64,000 nt of DNA from Phoronis australis (GCA_002633005.1 NMRA01000504.1:25571-89570), one strand, 5' to 3'; shown: positions 50,101 through 62,911, counted from the stretch's first letter. Program-made: numbers and translations. Notes: generated by a model not told the origin, from the letters alone.

Positions 50101-53100
50101 CATAGGTTCTCGGCCCTTGCCACTTGTGATGGGGCTTGTAGTGGTTGCCTTGGTAGTAGGACTGTAAAATAGCAAGAGGGTAACCATGACAACGATGTAA
50201 TGATCAGTCCATTTCACTGTCAGATATCATCTTCCATCTTAACTTCTGAGTCTATTGGACAGCACTAGAAATAATTTTCAAACTTTTCTGTGCATGGCAC
50301 AAATCAAGAATTAAATCAAGTCAGACTCCCCTCGCACTACCAATGGAAAAAATGGACTCGACTCAATTTTTTAATTACAATCTGACAAAAGAATTTACTT
50401 TTTCAATTGTAAAACAACATATAGATCCAAAGGAACTGAGTGTGCCAGACAATATAAAGCCCAAAAATAAAAATTTTGACCAAAGTACCAAGTTCAACCT
50501 GCATCGGAGGAGTGAGAGTCATGCTAGTGAAAACCAACAATATTCAATGCAAGACCTTATCCTTGTTACCACCAATTTTCATTCATTTCACATTTATGCC
50601 CGATTTTTAATGCAGTACACTTTAACGTCAACTAAACAATCTAAAATCAATACCTCACTCAATCAATTGTTCAATATATCAATCAATCATCAACACTTCT
50701 AGCTTTTCAACCTTCCCATCATGAAGTCGGTGCGTACCCATCTGACCCCACCCTGACGGTCCACAGACGCGTACCTTGCTCTATTTTCCTTGACAGACTT
50801 TCTCTTCTCCTTCTTCTTAGCTGCCACAACAGCTGAAGACTCTGCTTTGTTCCCCTTATGAGCCACGCCCACACCAAAGTTAGAACCATCTGTATCACCG
50901 ACTAGGGTTCCATCATCAGCAATATTGACACCTGCCTGTTATCAAAATCAGATGTGAAGTTTTACGGTAAATTTTGGTTGCTGGCTTTCTAAAAAAATAT
51001 GTGCAAGAAATTAAATATGGTACAAAAACTCAGAAATTACAATAGTTATAAAGCCTCACGCAGCTGTATATTTATAAACGACTTTTTTCTCACATGTTTC
51101 ATACACCAGCTTTATTTAATTGTTTCTTTAATCGTTAATAAAAGAATTGCCTGGATGGATTTAATATTATATATCACCATCAAACAATTTCATGAAATTC
51201 TAGGAAAGACTTAGTAACAAAGTATGGATAAATAAGGTGTTTTAGTGTCTTCCACTGACAGTAGAAGATTGAGTGAGGCCCTTGGTTGTATAGTATTCAC
51301 CCAATGAAAGACAATTTGAAATCATTTATAGTGCGTCGCATCGATTTTGGCATAATGTTGTTCTGCGTAATTTTGTTGGACTACTCTGAAAACACGTCAC
51401 ACTCAAATCAACACTGTTAACACTCATTGCAGGGTTAGAATTATAGAACAGGGTTGTGTTCCGTAGACCCAAGTTTCTTGTAAGAAAAACAAGACCTTGC
51501 AAAACCATGCGAGTTATTTGGCTAGTGCTCAAGCANGCTTTCTAAAAAAATATGTGCAAGAAATTAAATATGGTACAAAAACTCAGAAATTACAATAGTT
51601 ATAAAGCCTCACGCAGCTGTATATTTAAAAACGACTTTTTTCTCACATGTTTCATACACCAGCTTTATTTAATTGTTTCTTTAATCGTTAATAAAAGAAT
51701 TGCCTGGATGGATTTAATATTATATATCACCATCAAACAATTCCAAGAAATTCTAGGAAAGACTTAGTAACAAAGTATGGATAAATAAGGTGTTTTAGTG
51801 TCTTCCACTGACAGTAGAAGATTGAGTGAGGCCCTTGGTTGTATAGTATTCACCCAATGAAAGACAATTTGAAATCATTTATAGTGCGTCGCATCGATTT
51901 TGGCATAATGTTGTTCTGCGTAATTTTGTTGGACTACTCTGAAAACACGTCACACTCAAATCAACACTGTTAACACTCATTGCAGGGTTAGAATTATAGA
52001 ACAGGGTTGTGTTCCGTAGACCCAAGTTTCTTGTAAGAAAAACAAGACCTTGCAAAACCATGCGAGTTATTTGGCTAGTGCTCAAGCACGCTCGAGACCG
52101 CAGCTTACTAGCCTATCATAGCAAAACGGTGGCCACTGGCTGTGAGGTTGGAATGTTGAATTGTGGGATTAAATTCATATATTATCCGATAGAATTCAGT
52201 CTAGGTTTCAATACGTGAAGATTTTTGCAGCAGATAAGTTGATATTGTGGGGTCTATGGAACACGGCTCAGAAACAGTTTCAAGAAACAAAAAGAAGAAA
52301 AAGTCTACCTCTTCACTACGAACAGATGAGTCAGAGGAGCGAATAGCGGAAGAAACTACAGAAGCAGGAACTTCTTTGGCGAGACGCCCCTTAGGGGTCC
52401 TTGGTGGTGGAGTTATCGGCTCACCTTTTTCTGCACCAGCAGTAGATAGCTAGTACATAAAGAAATGGGAGATACTGCGCGCTGTGTATGACAGTTAATT
52501 CTCGTTTTCATGTTGTATTCATTTGGGTAAATGCTCAGACAATTAAAAATGACAAATTCAAAAATCAAGCACGGGGTAAAAAGTGCAGTGGGGCATGGTC
52601 AAAAAGTTGTTGGAAATTAAGCCATGCATGGGCATTAACATGCAAATGGATTCGACAAAATTGTCTTGTAGAACAAAGGTCCCAAACATTTAGTTCTGCA
52701 AAGCTTCAGACTAAACATGTTATTAGAGAGCTTTAATAGACATAAATTGAAGTTGTAGTAATACTTTACAGACCCCTGGTATTTTTTTTTGAAATCCATG
52801 TACTAACATGTTATTTTGAAATCCATGTACTAACGTACATGTTATTTTGAAATCCATGTACTAACATGTTATTTTGAAATCCATCTACTAACTTAGTTAA
52901 ACATGTTATTTTGAAATCCATGTACTAACATGTTATTTTGAAATCCATGTACTAACATGTTATTTCGTGCGTAATCATTGTATGAAGTAAGGTACAAGAT
53001 ACATACAGCTCCCTGTTTTTGCGCCGCTTTCCCGCGACCCTTTTTTGTACGGGTAGTTGGCGCGGATGAGTCTATGGTGCTCACTCTCTCTGCTGTTTCC

Positions 53101-56100
53101 TCAGACTGAAAACAGCATTTGTGCTGTGAACTAGGAACTCTGCTGAGGTGTCATGTACCAAGCTGCGCGCTTTCAAAAAACATAGATTGTGTTAGAGTTT
53201 GGATGGTTTTGTCATAATATATAAGGGGAGGGTCAGTCAGTGTGACAATAAATTAGCTATTAAAGAGAAGTTAAAGCCACATACAGCGCTAACCTCTTGT
53301 TAAAAAAGCATGGTCTATTTTCATATGGAAACTATGACAGAACCTTTAAATAACACTACTAGATAATGACTATGGAAAGTCCTTGTCTAGCTTCCATGAC
53401 ATTAAACTGACCTAAGTAACGTTACATGTGGCTTCAATACAGAAAGAACAGCACACTAATAGTAATCAGAGCAGTTTAGACAGTAAGTGTTAAGTGATAA
53501 AGAGGGCAGAAATGGAAGCAAAGGTGCGGTCTAGTACATGATATTTGTTATTTTGGTACCACACACTCAGTACCTTCTGTGCTGCAGCGATGGCGTCTGG
53601 ATCGGTTTTGTCGATGAGCGTATACTTTTCTCTGAGCTGGCCCTCCACATCTTTCTCCATTTGGCTTCAAATAAAACATTAAACAATGGTTGCAGAGAAA
53701 CTGGGTTTCATACTGCTTGAGAAAAACACTTGGATAGATATTGATATAGATCCATCCGTGGATGGTAAAATAGCATTGCAGCGACATACAGTGTGCAACG
53801 CCACCTATCAATCACCAAAAGCCACATCAAGTTGCCAAACATTTCAGATGTACAAAATTTAAAAACAAAGCTCTTGGCGTTAGTTTTTGAATAAATGAAT
53901 ACCTAATTTTACTTTTGGGAATACATTGCAAGGATACAACCGGAAGTGATTTAAAGAGATTAAAAGAGCAATGCTCATAATGTAGTATTTTTCAGATTGT
54001 TTTATATCAATTTTGTTCTATAAAATAGCATTTCATAAAGTAACATAGAAAAACAAAAGGTAGTACGGCAGGTCGATGAACTAAAATAAATTAATATAAA
54101 TTACAACAATGGCACATCTGAGATATTAGTGAAGCATAGTTTCTGTTTCAGTTAACATCAAATAATTCATACTTTGCAATTTCTTTAAAAGCCTCAAAGA
54201 CGCCCTGTATCTGTCGGATGTTGACGATATCAATCTCATCTAGTCCTCCTTCGATGTATCGCCGCACCTGTTGTTTGGTTTCGTATTTCTGTTGCTCGGA
54301 CAACGGCTCGTAAGAGACCAGGCTTCTGTTAGTCTGTAAAGAACAGTAGAGTCACATTCAAGGACACTTTGGCATCCCATGAACACCACATTCCGTACTG
54401 AGGAGGATCGGTTTTTGAAATTAAAAGAAAATGCTTTGATATAAACAGAAATTTAAAATCTTCATAAACAAACCATAAAAATACTTTCATAATTGCAATT
54501 TAGTCTGTTTATCACATTCCAGGCCTCTTTAAGGTTTAAAGATGGTGACAAGTGGTCACTTACCAACTTATGCAACTTTATGGAAAATGTTATGTTGTGC
54601 CTTCCCAAATTTGTTTTCTTACAAAACTGGCGGAAGAGTCCATATTTATGAGCATTATAATGGCAACAAAAAATTGATTGTATATCTGAATGGAACAGTG
54701 CTGAAATTTAATAAAATACATTTTTATCTCCAATTGTTAACTGAACTTTGGCATTGAAATCTAAGATAAAAACAAATTTCAACAGGCACCTCTCACAGTT
54801 AACATACCAGTGTGTCGTGCATGGCTAATTCTTGCTTCAGTGAGCGAATTTCCTTCTCCAACTTTTTCACCATAATCTGCAAAATACACAGTTTTCTCCA
54901 ATCATGAATAACAAACATCAAAGTGGTTCTCAAAATATGGCGTCCCCTATACGTGACTATTGCTTAAAATACAGCATTCCATGATTACACAAACCTATCA
55001 AAACCGCCATAATTATTGCACAATTATTTGTAAGTCACTAAACACTAGCAAAAACAAGAAAAATCTAATGAGATCATGCTCTCGCTTGGCAAGAAACTAG
55101 ACTTCAGTGAAACAAGTGATCCGAATCGTAATTCAGAGGGAAACCTACAACAGGGTCGTAGAATTCGTTCATGGCTGGCTCGTTCTTCACGCACATCATA
55201 CGTGTGGCGAATCGTAGCGTTGAAACCGTTTCCTCTATTTGCTGAGCCTCGCCCCACACATTGGCAATGAGCAGAGTGTTACAGTTGCCACCGATGGAGT
55301 CCTTGAGGCAGTGCGTGAGCTTCGTCTGGCGGAACGGTATGTGGTCGCGCTTCTTGTCTGCTAGAGCAATGATCGTCTGCTCCAGAAATGTCAGCGATTT
55401 GTTGATGTACATGGCTTCCTGCTGAGTTTTTCCCTCAGACTAGAACAATAGGAATGGATTTTTAGGAGACATTACATGGGTGCAAATAACTGGATGCATG
55501 AGAAGAAATGAATTATAAGCATAATGAGTTATTTAAAAGTTTTGAGACCATGGGGCATTAACAAGAGGCTGAATTATATACCTGCACGTTACGCAAAATG
55601 TCTGAATAACAATTAAAAACATAGCACAAAACCAATATTCAGAACATAAATGCAAAATTGTAACATAAAATTTATAACAAATCCTAGGAAATTTAATAAC
55701 TCAATTTTGCAGCTATAGCAACATACCCGTGTTTTACTTAGCCTTTCCGATCCCGCCAAGTCAACAAAGTTCAGTTTAGACACAGTGTATTTGGCTGTAG
55801 AATGAACGCGCGATCGAGCCTCTATGTAGACAGTGAATATGCAGTGTGACCGGGAAGAGTTGTTGTTCAGTGTGTGGGAGGCTATGGCTCTGTTAGTCTC
55901 ACCCTGTAAAACACACAACAACAAAGTATAGACTACTGTGAAGAAGGAAGAGAGCTCAAGTCAGAAAAATTGTTACATTTTTCTTTAAAAAACCTGGGGC
56001 ATGAATCATCCACTTGAAAACTAAATTTTTAAATCACGGATAGGGAATGACCAATTTCCACGTGATGTATCAATGCACAAATAAGTAGGCTTGTGAGATA

Positions 56101-59100
56101 AAAATATATTTTGTGTTGCAAAACTTTACCGAAATAAACGTTTCTGCGTGAATAAAGTCAAAAAATGATAAAAAGAGACACGGAAAGAGGAAACTGTAAA
56201 TAAAAAAAGAAAAAAGGGGAAATCCTCTTAAAAGAGAAACATTCCAAACCCTGTTAAATAATAATGACTAGGAGGTTTTGGAGATTGAAAGCAGAGCACT
56301 GGCTGTGGGTGTTGTAATCAGGCTGTGAAGGGTATAGGAACATCCCTTCATATTAATGGTGCTGTGACTTAAAGCTCCATGCAACGCCATCTTTGAAAAA
56401 CAATGCTTTGGTTCGTGTGTCAGTGATGGAACCTTTTTGTCTTTAGTACACCAATTCTGGCATTCCAAATCACACATAATAAAGGAACAGACTGACTGGC
56501 ATTCATTGGTTGCTTTAAAGGGAATTATAAACATCATTTGCTAACTTGATCCATTCCACTTTGGCATTTGTGATTTCAGCAATACCTAATTAGTGCTGCA
56601 CAGGTCAGTAATGGTAACAGAAATTAAATAACTACAAAAGTACATCAAATAACAAATATTCTACAAATTTCTGATCGTTACCTCAAACAGCAAGTTGAGA
56701 GCTTCCTCCTCATTCTGGGCAAGATGAGTTGACAATCCTTTCACGTACACGCCATTTTCATCGTCTGCTACGATGAGCCCTGACCCCTGCATTGTGCTGA
56801 ATGACTCAGGCAGGGTAGACAGCAGGTCAAACATAGTTTCGTTGTAGATTTCCAAGTACGACACCCTGAAATAGTTGAAGATTGCACCAATTTCCTGTCA
56901 TTTTGCTCAGAAATAAAAAGCACACACCAAAAAATTAAATCCCCACAAATTCTGTTGTGACTCCTCATGCCAGAGTCCTGACCTCCCCTGAAAGCAAATT
57001 ACACTTAATGACAGTCACCACGGAATGGAATTAGGGGTTATTTTGTTCGATTATTTTTGGTGAGAATTATATTATAACATAAAAGTAACTTCAATTCAGG
57101 CCCGTGTTGAGTCCCACAAAGAAAAACTAAATCATTTTGATACATTGAGTCAAACATTTGGGCAAGATTACATACTAAACATTGAAAATATATTTGTTGG
57201 ACAAGTTATACATTGTTTAAGTTCAACATGGTAAACCTTATGCAATAGTGTAATGCATTGCATAATTTTCATTTAACAAACAATTTTGTTCCCAAAGCCA
57301 CATAATGGAAATAGTTATCCGAGATCTGCGTCAAAAGAAGAATAAAGAACGACAGAGACAAATCAAGGCTTTTGTCACCATGTTCCATCTTATTTATGGA
57401 CAGCAAACCTGCTGCACGGTGGCCATATATTGGGTACATTGTGAAAGATAATCAACCTACCGCACATTAATAGACTGTTCTGGTCTGTTCTCTATTTCTC
57501 TGTACAACTGCTGCAGTGCTCTGGGAATCAGTCCACGATGAGAGTAGTTCTCTGTGGCGCCTGTGATGGTGAATGTTTTGCCAGCACCAGTCTGGCCGTA
57601 ACACATGAGTGTGCCTGAAAGAGAAAAGAAGAATACATCTATGACACAGTTACCATCCTTAACGCTTGCTTCTTACCCTTTGCCTCAATTGTTGATCTTC
57701 TTTGTAGATCAGCAGAAGACATCACACCAAACCACTTCCAAGTATATTCATCCAAAAGAGCTCAATTGATATTGACGAATATGGTTTTAGTAATTGACTG
57801 AGAGGTGTCTGTTCAGAAAAGCTAATGCCTGCTCTTGGCTAAATGCACACCTTGTATTCAAAACAATTTTACTCAAATATAAAAAGATCTGCAGCACTCA
57901 GCTTCAACTCTCCATCTGATTTTTTTTACCGTTAATTCTCAACTTCAGCACCCTGAATATTAATTAAGCCACATGAATGGAGTATTTAGTCATGTCCACA
58001 CTAAACAATAGACCAACATGCACTTAAGAGCAAACTGACGAAGTCTAGTCAAGTGTCCACAATACATGGCAAGAAATTATTGGCGCAAAAAGGATTAATA
58101 GACAACTGTATGTACGTAACTGAGCAAGTGTGCAGCTGGAAATTACAGCTGCCTTTTCTGCATATTTGTGTCCACAGTACGACTTGCGCTGTGCCAAGTT
58201 ACCCTAGAACAAGTTACGCTACCTCGGTTAGGTAGCTGGTGAGTGGTCACAGGGGTGTCAAGTAACCCCAGCACAAGCAGCGACTGTCGATACTACTAAA
58301 CCTATCAACAACTTGTTCAGTAACTTGAAGTGTAGACGGCACTTTTGTTTGAAAGATGACTAGTGCCCTGTAATTTTTACTGGTAGTAGAAACTGGATCC
58401 AGTCATGATGAAGGAAAATATAGACTTGAGAAGAGTTTCAATTGTTTTCAAAAGGCAATATAATCTATTCAAATTTTATGCCCTTGCATAAAGTAGCCAC
58501 GTAATTGTAACTGAAGGCAACAGAAAACTTTGAAGGATTACTTACCATTATAACCATTGAGAGCGCCCTCTATCATGTCCTGTGCCACTGTACTGAACAC
58601 TTGATCCTGGCTAGCATTATGTAGTATACCGTCCATCTTGAATGACCAGTCAAGGATCTGATTGTTGACCACTCCCTGCCTCTCATCCCTTTTGCAGTGA
58701 ACGTTGATTGTCTGAAATTAAAACAGTCCTGTAAAACTTGTTGTTCATTGGAATAGGAGAAATATTATCATGTTATGTCAGGTCCAAAATGCATTTTCTT
58801 TTAATAATGAGTTTTAACAGAAAAAGCTTTAAAAATCAGGTACACATGTTTTAATGACCTACAACCAGAACCACAAAATAAACAACCTAAATTAAAAATT
58901 AAATTGCCACTTTATTTCTAGTATAATAATGGACTGGGCATCACCTCACAGAAATACAATTTTCCAACAGTCCTCAAGCAAATGTTTTCCTGTCCATGGC
59001 AGTCTCTTAACAGCTATGCCAACATAACTCACCAAACACTTTCACCCACAATTAACAGTGCATTCAGTGGAAGAACCTCACCCTTCCATCGCACAACAAC

Positions 59101-59375
59101 ACCACAACAACAACCATCAACAATGCCGCCAGGTGCGCCCTACTCCCTCCATCTTTACCAAACCCAGACCCTAACATTTTCATCTTATAAACACTCCTCC
59201 CCACAGATAATGAACTCATCCCTCCAGCCCACCACAGATAGTGGGCTCCTCCCTCGAGTCCCATACTGCCAACTGTGCTCACCTTCCCATCAGCCTGGAG
59301 ATCAATCATGTCCTGGGCAAAGTTGGCCGTTGGTCTCGTCCTCACCCATACTTTTACTTTGCTGCTCCGGCTCAT
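47046..59375 (-). CDS. KIF9: Kinesin-9 family motor, KIF9-like; complete, ~804 aa without or ~884 aa with two candidate cassette exons
   Basis: N-terminal motor domain: VRTRP, GVVNNQ, YGQTGAGKTFT (P-loop), SYLEIYNE, NNNSSRSH (switch I), VDLAGSER (switch II), HIPFRQTKLTHCLKDSIGGNC. KIF9-type tail: ELAMHDTL, VGDTDGSNFGVGVA, AFEEFKQERGSEINRIF, EDEQEKF. Exon phases give a continuous frame. Confidence 0.93.
47599..47703 (-). CDS. KIF9: KIF9 tail exon
   Basis: LEDEQEKFDRLQAQLLLENPDSASFQNARLRTERR. Confidence 0.88.
48009..48184 (-). CDS. KIF9: KIF9 tail exon
   Basis: LKSEVQYCQKLVDSCRNKLVQEFDTWYNDCF. Confidence 0.9.
49032..49145 (-). CDS. KIF9: KIF9 tail exon
   Basis: EDGEAIISEEEFLQIKKLKDLKQAYRSDYDDLK. 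Confidence 0.88.
49524..49732 (-). CDS. KIF9: KIF9 tail exon
   Basis: TPPSRQQAFEEFKQERGSEINRIFSENKEIL. Confidence 0.9.
50009..50161 (-). CDS. KIF9: KIF9 tail exon
   Basis: ttacag|TCCTACT...CCAAG|gtgag; phase 2-2. Confidence 0.8.
50775..50935 (-). CDS. KIF9: KIF9 tail exon
   Basis: AGVNIADDGTLVGDTDGSNFGVGVAHKG...KKKEKRK. Confidence 0.85.
50984..52088. repeat. 552-bp near-identical tandem duplication separated by a single N (probable assembly artefact)
   Basis: 50984-51535 versus 51537-52088 with only a few substitutions; N at 51536. Confidence 0.92.
52309..52449 (-). CDS. KIF9: KIF9 candidate cassette exon (141 nt, phase 0-0)
   Basis: tactag|CTATCT...GAAGAG|gtaga; LSTAGAEKGEPITPPPRTPKGRLAKEVPASVVSSAIRSSDSSVRSEE. 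Confidence 0.55.
52785..52966. repeat. Minisatellite, ~27-bp unit (ttttgaaatccatgtactaacatgtta), ~6 copies
   Basis: Visible directly. Confidence 0.93.
53007..53105 (-). CDS. KIF9: KIF9 candidate cassette exon (99 nt, phase 0-0)
   Basis: ttttcag|TCTGAG...GGAGCT|gtatgt; SEETAERVSTIDSSAPTTRTKKGRGKAAQKQGA; no stop codon. Confidence 0.55.
53271..53436. mobile_element. Possible small MITE
   Basis: Inverted termini ttaaagccacat ... atgtggcttcaa. Confidence 0.4.
53574..53664 (-). CDS. KIF9: KIF9 coding exon 9
   Basis: QMEKDVEGQLREKYTLIDK; phases 2-0 fit. Confidence 0.85.
54173..54333 (-). CDS. KIF9: KIF9 coding exon 8
   Basis: TNRSLVSYEPLSEQQ...VRRYIEGGLDEIDIVNIRQIQGVF. Confidence 0.88.
54808..54876 (-). 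CDS. KIF9: KIF9 coding exon 7
   Basis: IMVKKLEKEIRSLKQELAMHDTL (neck coil). Confidence 0.88.
55149..55439 (-). CDS. KIF9: KIF9 coding exon 6
   Basis: YINKSLTFLEQ...ETVSTLRFATRM. Confidence 0.92.
55727..55903 (-). CDS. KIF9: KIF9 coding exon 5
   Basis: SSRSHCIFT...LNFVDLAGSER. Confidence 0.93.
56682..56865 (-). CDS. KIF9: KIF9 coding exon 4
   Basis: VSYLEIYNETMFDLL...EEEALNLLFE. Confidence 0.92.
57461..57614 (-). CDS. KIF9: KIF9 coding exon 3 (P-loop)
   Basis: GTLMCYGQTGAGKTFTITG...RGLIPRAL. Confidence 0.92.
58546..58711 (-). CDS. KIF9: KIF9 coding exon 2
   Basis: GVVNNQILDWSFKMDGILHNASQ...ALNGYN. Confidence 0.9.
59283..59375 (-). CDS. KIF9: KIF9 coding exon 1
   Basis: ctcag|GATG AGC...; MSRSSKVKVWVRTRPTANFAQDMIDLQADGK|gtgag. 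Confidence 0.9.
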
Positions 59376-62337
59376 CCTGAGGTCACAAAACATATTACTT
59401 AGCTGTTATTCTGACATCTATAATTAAGAAGACCAGATACTTGGGCCCTGGATTCCTGGATTATTTGTTAAACTTTGCATTCACGAGTACCTTAATACAC
59501 TATTAGTCAAAGTAAGGTATTTGATGCTGCTTTACAATTCATAAGTCCCTGGCAATGGGTGGAGGTCAAAACAATCTAAACATAAAAGAGCCACAAATTA
59601 AAAAGTACTAAAATTAGAACGCTATGCAGTACTAGTAGTAACAATTATTTCAAGATACTAACTACAATGAAATCGTTTATCGATTGTTTTCCATTTTAAA
59701 ACTTTTTCAACAATTGGGAACCTGGATGTTATTATGTTTGCCAATCAAATAGGAATTAAACATCCAGTTCCTCTAGGACAAGTACAATGAAGTGACATAC
59801 AAAAAGCAACATGGTGCAACAAGCCGAATTTCTCGAATGCATTGTGCTTACACTATGTGTGTCGGTCTACACTGAAGCTTTGACTAAAACTATACAGGCA
59901 GTTCTAAGCAGTCTTCAAGCATGTGAAGTAGACAAAACAATGCCCACTTTTAAGTGCAACATGGTTTATCAAAAGATTATGATCACTCCTTCAACATGGG
60001 TGTAGTATGGTGTGTAGGTCTACCACTTATCATTGACAGAGAGTGTTAAGACACAGGAGTGCAATCTGCTCAAGTGACATTCACATTTCAGCACACAGGC
60101 AATCATACTTAGGCTCCTCCTCATCAACCCCTTCTCCTAAATGATTTGTGGCTGGCTGGGAATACTTTGCGACAGACATTCTATTTTCAGAGAGAGTAAA
60201 ACAACAATGATCAACACTGGAGCCTTTTCTCAAAGTAGAAATTTGTACTGTACAAAGTAGAAATCTTGCTGTTTCTAAACCGTGTTATGCAAAATGCTCT
60301 ACAACGTTCCTGTTCATACTGTGATTACAGTTCCAATTAGATTGTTACGACATAATTTTTGTTGTCCCCAATTTATTTTTCTTACAAAAATGGATTCGCA
60401 GTAAATTGTGCTCACAGGAACTCATGCTTATCACTCACAATATCCAAGTTTTTCCATATTTCTCTTATGGAATTATCCAAGACTGGTTTTCTACAAGGTT
60501 TTGCCTGGGTCTTCTATGGATAGAAATTGTTTTAATTATTTCTCACAGTTCCCATAAGGTCTTTGCTCATAACCTAACAGAAATACTAATGAAAGATGAT
60601 GAAATTCCAGGTACAGGAGTATGTGTAGCAATCACAATTTTTAAGAATCATTGATTGTTGGGAAATGAGATGTAGCATTCACTTTACAGTCAACATTTTT
60701 TGTGAATGTAGTGTCCACTCAGTAGAGAAATCCACACTCCCACGACAGGTATCAAACAAGGGCTGCCGGCACTAGAGTTGAGTGTCCAAACCATTTGGCC
60801 AATTAGCGGCAATTGCTACTCCTCTCGAACATGTGGAAGAGGGGGAAGATCCTGATTTTTGGGATGGAGAGTATACGAGGGATGGGTATACCTCCATTTT
60901 AGCCTCCCAAGCTATGCGTGTGCCCCAACGGGTCATGGGTTTTACAGTTGTTGGGCGTTAATGAAGAGAAATCCCCATGCCAACAGTGGGTATCGAATAC
61001 GGGCCGCTGGTGTGAGTCAAGTATATCCAAACCATTTGGCTAACAGACAATTGCCATTTGGCAGGCAATTTTGAGAGGCTTTACACACGTCACCAAAACC
61101 AGGATGTTTTGAGTGCATTTTGCATTTCCAATTTCAGTTGCTTATGTGTGTGGTGTCAATAAGCACCTAATTAGTTATTGTCATATGATTCAGAGCACCT
61201 GCCTCAGCCTTCAGGGGTCTGCTGTTCTTGCTGCCATGTATACCGACTTCAGTGTTTAGTCATGTTTGCATCTGTTCACGTGTTATTGTAAATTGTATCA
61301 CTCATTAATCACATCCAAGTCAGTCAGTTGTTAGCCCTGTAGTCAAACCAGTAGCCACGTAGCCCCTCGGCTGGCTATACAGGGGCTACAGTCTTCCCTA
61401 TCTGTTTCTATGCTAATCTCATCCTGTGTATTTTAAACGGGCAGTATCCAAAATATGGTCACCAAAGAACTGGTTTTCAAAATGCATTTTACACTTAATT
61501 TTTTTGCCTCTTAAGAAGGGCTCACTTTGTTCAGCGATCCTTTCTGGTTCTGTACGTATCCTCTATGAAGCATGTCTACATGAATTAAGGAGACTTTGGC
61601 AAAGAATTCCAACTCCTCTTTATGGTACCCATTAACTCTTTCACCGCGTGCAGTAACCACAGAGAATTTCAATTGATGTCATGCCACTTAAATAATTAGG
61701 CTGCATGCAACAAGCACGAGTTTGAGCAAAGCGCGTGACCTGGTGTGTGACACTTGCAAAATGTGTGGTATGGGAAGATATCCAGTGGAATTTGTCAAAT
61801 TTATGTTCCTTAGACTTTTTGTTCGTCAAGAGGCGTGATTGTTTAACTTCCGCAAAATGGCACCCCAAGGCATAAGGAAGCTCAAGTGAAAAGCTGCAGA
61901 TTCATATGTTCAAATTAAGTTGACTAAATTGTCTCCAGAGTGATGGCATGTGTTAAGTATCATTCAATGTGTGTATATGCATGTTTCATTCAATGTTGTA
62001 TGCAGTATTTTGAGATGAGTAACTTTCTGCGGCATCCACAGGCGATGTAAAATAGGGCCCAGGGCGGGCTGGGTCACAAACAGAACAGATAACTGCTGCC
62101 TTCAACTCATGTTAAGAGGGCGATTGTCTGACTAAGGTTCAATTCTGAATTTAGTTTGTGGTCTTATTTTTACCGGCTTCGTTCCTGTAATGTTTGTTAT
62201 CAAAAATTTGTATGAAGATGAAGATTGAAGAAAAACCACAAGCACAACGTCGACCATGCAGATGATCCAAAATTCCCATCAAGATTTACTTAGCTTAGAG
62301 TTCGACTGTCGCAACAACTAAAACTGTTAGGACTCAC

Positions 62338-62582
62338 CTTAAGGATACGTATCCGACAAAATTCACAATATTCAAGACCAAAAACAACTGAATTCGAATC
62401 AAAACCAGTCACGTTTCAATAAAAATCAGAAAGTTTATCTGTTGGCAAGGAAATTGCGCATGCTCAGTTGACGATTCTCGTTTTATTACGCTGAACGAGA
62501 ACTCAATTTCAAGATGTCTGCCTCCATAAGAAATTTCGTAAATAACTTTTGACATTTTCCTTTCGAACATGGACGTCTATAG
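62338..62582. promoter_or_regulatory. Probable bidirectional promoter: KIF9 non-coding first exon (- strand, ends at 62338) and a divergent first exon (+ strand, ends at 62582)
   Basis: Strong outward-facing donors AAG|gtgagt (-) and TAG|gtaagc (+). Between them lie GTTGGCAAGGAAAT (X-box-like), TGCGCATGCTCA (NRF1-like) and AAGATGTCTGCC (YY1-like). KIF9 coding exon 1 begins with an acceptor, so an upstream exon is required. Confidence 0.55.
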
Positions 62583-62911
62583 GTAAGCGATTTCTGTGTA
62601 AAAGCGCATTGAAAGCACGGAAAGCTTGATGAAACTGTTGCAAATTTCATTCTGCTAAGCTGCATTGCAGTTGTCAGAGATCGTCGTCGTTGTTGTTTCC
62701 CCGTACTCGGCGTAACAAACGATTTCGATGTGTTCTGAAAGTGAAATTAGGAAACACTTAGGCCTACGTAGACGTAGTCGTAGGCAACACGTAACTCCTC
62801 GATTGGTTATACAGCGACTACAGAACTTTCCGTCAGTTTCTTTACTAATTTCATCCTGTGTATTTTAAACGGGTGGTCACTGAATTATAGACCTAACTAA
62901 GTTAAACCAGG

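Noticed and set aside
50738-50774. Alternative KIF9 donor 37 nt into the intron
   Set aside because: Its use would cause a frameshift.
50999-52085. Duplicated 71-aa and 68-aa ORFs suggesting a repeated gene cassette
   Set aside because: They result from the N-flanking intronic duplication; no protein features.
52785-52966. ~27-bp repeats resembling a CRISPR array
   Set aside because: No unique spacers, eukaryotic intron and no cas genes; it is a minisatellite.
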